DNA from: an uncultured bacterium
GTDB taxonomy: Bacteria > CSSED10-310 > CAZUFC01
Length of the DNA: 38,633 bases
Assembly (NCBI GenBank): GCA_964619725.1
Contig: CAZUFC010000083.1
Location: forward strand, 1 to 38,633
Direction: 5' to 3'
Of this stretch, positions 9,425 through 16,761 are shown in pieces; within the stretch, counting starts at the first letter, position 1, and each line of letters opens with the position of its first letter. The position numbers were made by a program, and so were the translations under genes. Below the pieces are notes generated by a model that was given only the letters and a program-made list of their open reading frames with translations, was not told where the DNA came from and did no database searches.

Positions 9425-12400
9425 ATGAACTTTATAGCCGACATTCATATTCATTCGAAATATTCGCGAGCGACCAGCAAAAGGTCAGACATTGAGCATC
9501 TGTATTATTGGGCGCAACTAAAAGGAATAACCGTTTTAGGGACGGGTGATTTTACGCATCCAGCCTGGTTTGCGGAATTGCAGGAAAAACTTGTTCCTGC
9601 GGAAGAGGGTTTGTACAGGCTGCAACCTGACCTGGAAGGCATTTGGGACGAACGAGTTCCTCAAGCCTGCCGCGGCCCGGTCAGGTTTATTATTCAGGGT
9701 GAGATCAGCAACATTTACAAGCGCAACGGAGCGGTAAGAAAGGTTCATAACGTGGTGACAGCGCCTGATTTTGAAAGTGCGGGAAAGATCAGGAGCCGGC
9801 TGGACAGGTTAGGGAACATCAAATCAGACGGCCGGCCCATACTGGGACTGGACAGTCGCGATCTGTTCGAGATCGTACTGGAATCTTCTGATCGCAGCGT
9901 ATTGATTCCTGCTCATATCTGGACGCCCTGGTTTTCCGTTATGGGGTCCAAATCGGGTTTCGACGATATTGAGGAATGTTACGGAGAATTGACCGACAAC
10001 ATTTTTGCCGTCGAAACCGGGCTGTCATCCGATCCCCCCATGAACAGGCGTTTATCCTGCCTGGACCGTTTCACGCTAGTTTCCAACTCCGATGCGCATT
10101 CCCCTCAGAAGATCGGAAGAGAAGGCAATATTTTCAACGGAGAGCTTTCATATTCGGGGATGATGGAAACTTTAAGGACCCGTAAAGGATGGGGCGGAAC
10201 CATAGAATTTTTTCCTGAAGAGGGCAAATATCATTATGACGGACACAGAAAGTGCTCCTGCAGGATGTCGCCGGCAGAAACATTGCGGAAAGGGGGATTC
10301 TGCCCGGTATGCGGCCGAAAGGTGACCGTCGGAGTAATGCACAGGGTGGAACAACTTGCGGACAGGGAGGAAAAGGATATCCCGAAAAACGCATCTCCCT
10401 ATAGATCGCTTATACCGTTGCCGGAAATACTGAGTGAAATTCTGCAGACAGGCGTTCAAAGCAAAAGAATCCGTCGTGAATTCGAAAGAGCGCTGGAAAA
10501 GTACGGTTCGGAATTAAAGATGCTCCTGAATCCTCCCATTGAGCGTTTTATGGAAAATAATGAATCGAGTCTGTTCATAGAGGCGATGAGGAGGATACAG
10601 GCGAATCGCGTTCATCTGGCGCCCGGGTATGACGGCGAATACGGGACCATAAAACTTTTTACGGAACAGGAAAGGGAGGAATTCAGCCGTCAAAAACAAT
10701 TATTCGTTTTCGCCGGCAGTGAGGAGAAAAGAGAGATAGAGGTTTCCGAAAAAAATGAAATGTCGGGATATAAGGCTTTCAAGCGGGAAGCGGCGAAAGA
10801 TATGGAGGTAAATGAAGTTACAGAAGAAGCGCCCAAAGGAACGCAGCTTATCTTGGGATTTATTTCGGATTCGAGAAAAATTGAAATGACGTTGAATGAC
10901 CTCAACGAGGAACAGAAACGTGCGGTAATGCAAAAAAGCGGGCCGATTCTGATCGTTGCCGGTCCGGGAGCGGGTAAAACAAGGACGTTGACTCGCCGTA
11001 TCGCTTATCATGTCTTGAAAAACTATGTCCGTCCGAAAAACGTCATCGCGGTGACGTTCACGAACAAGGCTGCAGAGGAAATGAGAGAGCGGCTTTCGTC
11101 GCTGTTGAGTCATCAGGCGAAGATTATCACGGTATCAACTTTTCATGCGCTATGTTTGAAGATTCTGAAAGAATGCTCTGCACCAGGGGGAAGGGCGAAA
11201 AATTTGCTCGTTTATGACGATGAGGACAGAAGGCATATCTTTAAGGAAATCATGGCCGGTCAGAAGAAAAAAAGCGCGGCCCGCAAGCTTCAAAGCATTA
11301 TGAATGAAATATCGAGGGCGAAACAAAACCTGGAGCTGCCCGGAGATATCAAGGAAAAGAACCCGGAGCTGGCGGAGATATATGAACGGTATCAACAGGA
11401 GCTTCAAAGCGCCGGCGTCCTGGATTTCGATGATTTGATATTTCAAACCGTAATGCTGTTGAAAAAGGACGAAAGCCTTCTCAGGCGCTATCGCTCCCAA
11501 ATAAGTATGTTGTGCGTCGATGAGTATCAGGACATCAATCGCTTACAATTCATACTTGTTAAACTCCTCGCCGACAAGGGAGAATCGTTATGCGCAATAG
11601 GCGATCCCGATCAGTCCATTTATGGTTTCAGAGGGGCGGATTCGAGCTATTTCGATTCGTTCACGAATCACTTCGAATCCGCTGAAGTAATTGTGTTGAC
11701 GAAAACGTACCGCTCATCGCAGAATATTTTGTCGGCTTCGGGACAGGTTATACAAAAGAATATCCGAAAAAACAGGATTACGCCTCAATCAACGCGTCCC
11801 GGAGGAACCCGGATTGATGTTCATCATTCGCCGACGGACAAAGGCGAAGCGGAATTTGTCGTTCATTCGATCGAAAAACTCATGGGCGGCATCAGTCATT
11901 TTTCCCTGGACAGCGGTCGCGTTTCCGGCGAAACGGAAACGTACGGCAGCTTCGCTGATTTTGCAGTCCTTTACCGCATTCATTCGCTGGGCGATTGTCT
12001 TGAAGAAGCCTTTATCAGGTCCGGCATGCCTTATCAGAGGATCGGCGGAAAGTCCCTTTTCGCGGAAACAGAAATTAAGTTTATGATATCGTGCCTGCGT
12101 CTTTCAATAAATCCGGAAAGCCGGTACGACATCGCCCGCCTGCTGGACGGCCTTTTCAAAGGAAAGCAAAAGAGCGGAATAAGCAAACTGAAGGAATGCA
12201 TGTTAAGCAATCCAGGTATTTTGACGAATTTGCCGCTGGGAATAAAAAAAGAATTCGGCTTGAGCGACCATTCGTTTCAATTGCTGCTTCATTTATCGGC
12301 GATCATCGGAGAGGCGGCAAAAGCAGGATTAAATATAAAACCTGTTCTGCTGGTTGAAAACTTCATCAGCGAACTGATCTCCATAATATTTCCGGATACG

Positions 12401-12880
12401 GAAAATCAGGAGGCTATCGAAGCATTCCTCGATTATTCCCGTTCTTTCGATAGAATTGACGGACTGCTGGAGTCCGCTTCACTCGCTTCCGACATAGACT
12501 CGTATGAACGAAACGCCGAAAAAGTAAGCATCATGACATTGCATGCTTCCAAGGGGCTTGAGTTTCCGGTAGTATTCATAACAGGCTGCGAAAAGGGGTT
12601 AATGCCTTATGAAAAGCCGGGAAAAAGCGATGAATGCGATCTGAATGAAGAAAGAAGGTTGTTCTATGTAGGTATGACCAGGGCTGAAGATCAACTTATT
12701 CTCTCCTCCAGCGCCAGGCGACGGCTTTACGGCAAAACGGAAAAAAAAGAACCCTCCTTTTTCCTCCAGGACATTGAACAGAAATTGAAAAACGTCAGGC
12801 GGCATCAATATCGAAAAAAAGCCGCTCAAATGAAAAAAATAAAAATGTCCAGGCAGTTGAAGCTGTTTGATTTGGAATAA
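9425..12880 (+). CDS. Endonuclease Q family (PHP/TIGR00375-type) nuclease fused to a UvrD/PcrA-type SF1A helicase
   Basis: N-terminal ADIHIHSKYSRATS, GTGDFTHP, PAHIWTPW, ETGLSSD, NSDAHS, GKYHYDGHRKC, CPVCG. C-terminal AGPGAGKT, TFTNKAA, DEYQD, GDPDQSIYGFRGA, TLHASKGLEF, EERRLFYVGMTRA. Confidence 0.93.
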   Translation: MNFIADIHIHSKYSRATSKRSDIEHLYYWAQLKGITVLGTGDFTHPAWFAELQEKLVPAEEGLYRLQPDLEGIWDERVPQACRGPVRFIIQGEISNIYKRNGAVRKVHNVVTAPDFESAGKIRSRLDRLGNIKSDGRPILGLDSRDLFEIVLESSDRSVLIPAHIWTPWFSVMGSKSGFDDIEECYGELTDNIFAVETGLSSDPPMNRRLSCLDRFTLVSNSDAHSPQKIGREGNIFNGELSYSGMMETLRTRKGWGGTIEFFPEEGKYHYDGHRKCSCRMSPAETLRKGGFCPVCGRKVTVGVMHRVEQLADREEKDIPKNASPYRSLIPLPEILSEILQTGVQSKRIRREFERALEKYGSELKMLLNPPIERFMENNESSLFIEAMRRIQANRVHLAPGYDGEYGTIKLFTEQEREEFSRQKQLFVFAGSEEKREIEVSEKNEMSGYKAFKREAAKDMEVNEVTEEAPKGTQLILGFISDSRKIEMTLNDLNEEQKRAVMQKSGPILIVAGPGAGKTRTLTRRIAYHVLKNYVRPKNVIAVTFTNKAAEEMRERLSSLLSHQAKIITVSTFHALCLKILKECSAPGGRAKNLLVYDDEDRRHIFKEIMAGQKKKSAARKLQSIMNEISRAKQNLELPGDIKEKNPELAEIYERYQQELQSAGVLDFDDLIFQTVMLLKKDESLLRRYRSQISMLCVDEYQDINRLQFILVKLLADKGESLCAIGDPDQSIYGFRGADSSYFDSFTNHFESAEVIVLTKTYRSSQNILSASGQVIQKNIRKNRITPQSTRPGGTRIDVHHSPTDKGEAEFVVHSIEKLMGGISHFSLDSGRVSGETETYGSFADFAVLYRIHSLGDCLEEAFIRSGMPYQRIGGKSLFAETEIKFMISCLRLSINPESRYDIARLLDGLFKGKQKSGISKLKECMLSNPGILTNLPLGIKKEFGLSDHSFQLLLHLSAIIGEAAKAGLNIKPVLLVENFISELISIIFPDTENQEAIEAFLDYSRSFDRIDGLLESASLASDIDSYERNAEKVSIMTLHASKGLEFPVVFITGCEKGLMPYEKPGKSDECDLNEERRLFYVGMTRAEDQLILSSSARRRLYGKTEKKEPSFFLQDIEQKLKNVRRHQYRKKAAQMKKIKMSRQLKLFDLE

Positions 12881-12919
12881 AATCGCTTAACGACATCGAA
12901 CGGTAAAAAAGACAGGATC

Positions 12920-13141
12920 ATGCTAAATATCGGTAAAATATTGCTTTTGGTGGGCGGGATATTCATCCTGGCAGGATTGATTTTTATCCTGGCTTCCAAA
13001 TGGGGTATTCCGAATAAATTACCCGGGGACATCGCCATAGAAAAAAAGGATTTTTACTTCTATTTTCCCATAACAACATGCATCATCATCAGCATAATAC
13101 TCTCTTTGATATTTTATCTGGCGGGAAAATTTTTCAAGTAG
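12920..13141 (+). CDS. DUF2905 family small membrane protein
   Basis: Two TM helices around LPGDIAIEKKDFYFYFPITTCIIISIILS. Confidence 0.88.
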   Translation: MLNIGKILLLVGGIFILAGLIFILASKWGIPNKLPGDIAIEKKDFYFYFPITTCIIISIILSLIFYLAGKFFK

Positions 13142-13210
13142 CGCTGCTCATACTCAAAGCCCTATTAACCCGGCATGCCTGAGCGGCTATGCGCTTCGAG
13201 TGGTTGACGA

Positions 13211-14248
13211 TCAATCCTGCCTTCCGTGAAGCATTTCTTTTAAAAGCAGCTTGTCCGCTTTAGCCAGTTTTCTGCGGAATTCCAGGTCGTTCGGTGACTT
13301 GCCGCCTCGTCTCGATTTTTTTAAGTCAATGACCAGTCGGAGTAGAGAAAAGGCGGATTTATTTAATTTTTTATCCGGATTCTTCGATTTATGCCCTTTG
13401 AGCAATGTTTCCGACTGATCGATTGAAATGATCCTGCGAATCAAAGCCAGTGCAGGCGCCCTGTTTCGGGCATCTTCTTCTTCGAATCCGTCATCCAGCG
13501 AATCAAGATAACATTGCCTTAACTCCGAATGCTCGATCATCTCAAGCTCCAGATCATCCGGATACTGCAGTAAAGCTTTTATGTAGATAAAAGCCGCTTC
13601 TTCCACGTCTCCTTTACGAACCAGCGCTTCTCCCCATACGGACATCATATCTGCATTCAATTCTTCTTCCGGCAATGATTCGATCTTTTCTATCGCTTTG
13701 TCCCATAATCCTATTCTGGTCATCCAGCTCAGGATGAACAGCTTATCTGAGTGCAATTCCGCTGCTTCACTGACATAAAGCAGGAGAGTTTTTCGAAATG
13801 CCTGGCCAATTTCACCCAGGTCCTGAAAAGTGGAAGTTGCGCTGAAAAACTTGTCTGCTTCTATACAACCATTGAGCCATTCAGTTTCCGTCCCTGGTTC
13901 CGGGGCCTGGAGCAGTTTCGCCCAGAATTCCGCCGTCTCCAGGGCATTCCTGGCTAATCGATTAAAAGGTCTTCGTTCCCGGATTCCCCTTAATACAGGA
14001 ATGCAATGATTAAAATCGAGGTTAATGAAGCTTCTTATCCATTCCCTTTGCAGCAATACTTCAGGATTAAACAGTTCCGGTTGCCGCGGGTCTCTGTAAG
14101 GCAGGTCTTGAGGTCTCGGAGCCTGAGGTATCTCAGGAGGCGTATTGTTCAGTTTCGGCGCCGGCGAACCTGGAATATTGGGAAATAGACTCAGTTGAGC
14201 GCCGGCATTTGTTTTCTCTTCATTACTTTTCAATTTTTCAATCTCCAC
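13211..14248 (-). CDS. Hypothetical helical/TPR-like protein with N-terminal QLSLF motif
   Basis: 345-aa ORF. TPR-like WGEALVRKGDVEEAAFIYIKALLQYP. Pro-rich N-terminus carrying QLSLF and QPELF. GTG start uncertain. Confidence 0.7.
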   Translation of the reverse strand: MEIEKLKSNEEKTNAGAQLSLFPNIPGSPAPKLNNTPPEIPQAPRPQDLPYRDPRQPELFNPEVLLQREWIRSFINLDFNHCIPVLRGIRERRPFNRLARNALETAEFWAKLLQAPEPGTETEWLNGCIEADKFFSATSTFQDLGEIGQAFRKTLLLYVSEAAELHSDKLFILSWMTRIGLWDKAIEKIESLPEEELNADMMSVWGEALVRKGDVEEAAFIYIKALLQYPDDLELEMIEHSELRQCYLDSLDDGFEEEDARNRAPALALIRRIISIDQSETLLKGHKSKNPDKKLNKSAFSLLRLVIDLKKSRRGGKSPNDLEFRRKLAKADKLLLKEMLHGRQD

Positions 14249-14286
14249 AGCCGATTGTTTATGGCTTAACAGGCTTTCCGAATACT

Positions 14287-14317
14287 ATATTACACTATTT
14301 TGACTGTTTTGTCTAAA
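14287..14317 (-). promoter_or_regulatory. Putative sigma70 promoter with an overlapping imperfect palindrome
   Basis: Minus strand TAGACA (14315-14310), 17-bp spacer, TAATAT (14292-14287). TTTTGAC-N6-GTCTAAA at 14298-14317 overlaps the -35. Confidence 0.4.
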
Positions 14318-14393
14318 AGAAATGCAAAATAAACAAAAATCTTTTCCGGCGATGAATATTTCAATTTATTGAAAAAGATAAAAAGTAATCGAA

Positions 14394-15080
14394 TCATCCG
14401 TCTGAATTTTCAGAAAAAATTTTTTTTTCTTCCAGATATTTGAACGTCATTGAAGTCGCAGGAAAACACTCATGCCTGTTCCGATACAGATGCAGGAGAT
14501 CATTCATCGTGTCCACATCGGTCATTTTCTTGAGGAGATGAATTTTAAGATTGAACCGGTTCAATTTTTTCATAGTTGAGGAAAAAACGCTGTCCGTTCC
14601 CCACTGGATGTCTTCGAAGAAGCTTTTTTGAAGAGAATCTTCGGTGAATCCGATTGCATAGTAACCGCCGTCGGAGGCCGGGCCCAGAACAGCCTGAAAA
14701 GATTTCAAGGCTTTTAATGCTTCTTTAACGGTTTGTTGGGAAATATGGGGAACATCGCTGCCGAGGAGGAAGCCATGTGCGTAGCCCTTCATAAACAGAT
14801 ACCGGAAGGCATTGAACATTTTTTCACCCAGGTTTTTCCCAATTTGCGGAACCAGGGGAAAATCAACCTTCAGGAGGCGAGTTAATTTTTCTTCTTTTTC
14901 AGCAGGTGTGAAAAAGAGGTAAACATCACCGTCAATTTTCCGCAACATGTCTGAAATGTCTGAAATGAAGCGCCGGTATAACTTGGCCGCATTATTTTCT
15001 CCGAGTTCCCGCGCCAGCCGGGTTTTCACCTTTCCCGGTTCCGGATATTTAATGAAAAGAGCGAGAGCGGCTTTTTTCAT
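14394..15080 (-). CDS. TIGR04282/DUF2064 family glycosyltransferase-like protein
   Basis: FIKYPEPGKVKTRLA, QIGKNLGEKM, LLGSDVP, VLGPASDGGYYAIG, IQWGT, DVDTMNDL. Confidence 0.9.
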   Translation of the reverse strand: MKKAALALFIKYPEPGKVKTRLARELGENNAAKLYRRFISDISDMLRKIDGDVYLFFTPAEKEEKLTRLLKVDFPLVPQIGKNLGEKMFNAFRYLFMKGYAHGFLLGSDVPHISQQTVKEALKALKSFQAVLGPASDGGYYAIGFTEDSLQKSFFEDIQWGTDSVFSSTMKKLNRFNLKIHLLKKMTDVDTMNDLLHLYRNRHECFPATSMTFKYLEEKKIFSENSDG

Positions 15081-15089
15081 CGGGGCGAA

Positions 15090-15797
15090 TCACCGGTCCT
15101 TTTTAGTATCAGGGTAGAATTTGATCAGGATGTTTGGAGAAACGCCGAGGATATAGAGGAATCGTATGAAATGATTACGGAGCCAGCCGTAGAACACGCC
15201 TTCCTCTTGCCAGCGGCGAGCGGAAGTAATTACGGGGGAATCGATTATATGGATTCTCTTTCTCTTTTTTCTGATTCTTTTCATAAGGTCGACGTCTTCC
15301 ATGAGCGGAATTTCGTTGAAGCCGTTCAGTTCCCGAAAATAACTGGTGCGAATGAATATGCCCTGGTCTCCGTAGGGAATGCGGGTAAACTGAGAACGGA
15401 TCGAGCTCGTGAAGATCAGCCGGCGAAGAATCTTATCATCAGTATCCGCTGTGAGAGTGAATGCACCGCCTACAATTTCATCATCCTCCATACATCCGGC
15501 GATTTTGTCGAATGCATTTTCCGGTAACCTGGTGTCTGCATGAAGAAAAAGCAGAATATCGCCGTTCGCTTCCCGGGCGCCTCGGTTCATCTGCAGCGCC
15601 CTGCCCTTTTCCGCTTTCAATTTTATTACTCTATAGTCCTCAATATTCCTTAATGTGCTTGGGTTGTCTTCTCCATCCACAACGATCAATTCGATGCGTC
15701 TCATCCCGCCGATCCGCCTGACATGCTCGATAACTTCATTTATATGTCTGGACTCTTTGTAGACGGGAATGATGACAGAGAACGCCGGTGATTTCAT
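15090..15797 (-). CDS. TIGR04283 family GT2 glycosyltransferase
   Basis: SVIIPV, IVVDG, GRALQMNRGA, LLFLHADT, YGDQGIF, PLMEDV, TSARRW. Start 15797 (GGAG RBS) or 15818. Confidence 0.9.
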   Translation of the reverse strand: MKSPAFSVIIPVYKESRHINEVIEHVRRIGGMRRIELIVVDGEDNPSTLRNIEDYRVIKLKAEKGRALQMNRGAREANGDILLFLHADTRLPENAFDKIAGCMEDDEIVGGAFTLTADTDDKILRRLIFTSSIRSQFTRIPYGDQGIFIRTSYFRELNGFNEIPLMEDVDLMKRIRKKRKRIHIIDSPVITSARRWQEEGVFYGWLRNHFIRFLYILGVSPNILIKFYPDTKKDR

Positions 15798-15995
15798 CTG
15801 AAAGTCTCCTGCTTCCATTATTCATAAAACGATGTTTTTTATCAATTTAAATTGTATTTGGTCTGAAATCATCCTCATAAACGTTTTTTTGCGGAAAGGT
15901 CCCCGTAATTAATAGTTTGATTGCGATACAGTGAAAGATTCCCACTGAATGCTGTTAAGCGCGCATAAAGTGAATTTTTTAAGGGAGATTTTAAA

Positions 15996-16281
15996 GCATT
16001 GATCAAAAAATCGTCTTCCGAATTTACAATTTTCGCAACCTGGATGAATCGAGAAGCTTTGAAAACCTGATAGAGGCAAAAAATATTTCCTCGTAATTAT
16101 TTATTGCGATTCCAAACCCGATTGCGACACCGATACCGATACCGATTCCGAGCCAAGCGGTCCTTGATGAAAAAACAGCGGTGAGGACGTCACACAGATA
16201 GATATGGATCAGATTCATTTTCTTATGGTGATTTCAATAAATAAGACATTTTATGAAAAGCGTAATCTTGTTTTGATCAGT
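15996..16281 (+). mobile_element. MITE-like dispersed repeat family A, long divergent copy
   Basis: Starts gcattgatcaaaaaatcgtct and ends gaaaagcgtaatcttgttttgatcagt. Internal ccgatt/ccgata hexamer run. Ends match the copies at 16306 and 19502. Confidence 0.6.
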
Positions 16282-16305
16282 AAAGTAAGGATAATATTAT
16301 CCGGC

Positions 16306-16480
16306 GCTGAGCAAACCGGGGCTACACTTTTTCGAAACTTATGACAATTTGTTTCATTAGTCGGGGTCGGTATCGGGGTCGGTATCGGGGTCGGGGTCGA
16401 TATCGCAATCGAAATCGAAACAAAAAGATGGATTATTCTGTCAGATTGTAACCTCAAAGGTCGCATTTTTGATCAATGCC
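16306..16480 (-). mobile_element. MITE-like dispersed repeat family A, inverted copy
   Basis: Its reverse complement aligns end to end with 19502-19663. Core of ggggtc/ggtatc hexamers. Confidence 0.75.
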
Positions 16481-16482
16481 AG

Positions 16483-16516
16483 TTTTGAAAGAAGCGTAAC
16501 CCTGGTTTGATCGGTC
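16483..16516 (+). repeat. Isolated right end of family A
   Basis: ttttgaaagaagcgtaaccctggtttgatcggtc closely matches ttttgaaagaagtgtaaccacggtttgatcagtc at 19630-19663. Confidence 0.7.
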
Positions 16517-16761
16517 CTGATTTTAATACGTTGATTTTTTTGTCAGGTCAAATAATAACCGTTGGTTGATCCGTCTTTTTTTTAAGAAGTGATTTGACAT
16601 GGACGAATTTTCCAGTATACACAAAACGAGTTATGCGTTTGCAAGCTTGCATGACTCATCATAAAGAGCTTCGAGTTTTTTGAATTTCGAAGTATGCGAT
16701 TCGAGAAAGAATCGTTTTTTTATAAAGAAAATGAGGACTACTTACAGAACAAGGAGGATTA

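Noticed and set aside
16024..16466. Small ORFs with GIGIG/TPIPTP repeats
   Set aside because: They are translations of the hexamer cores of the family-A elements.
16594..16621. TTGACA-16 bp-TATACA promoter for the surface-protein gene
   Set aside because: The -10 lacks the conserved final T and the spacer is short; plausible but too weak to list as a feature.
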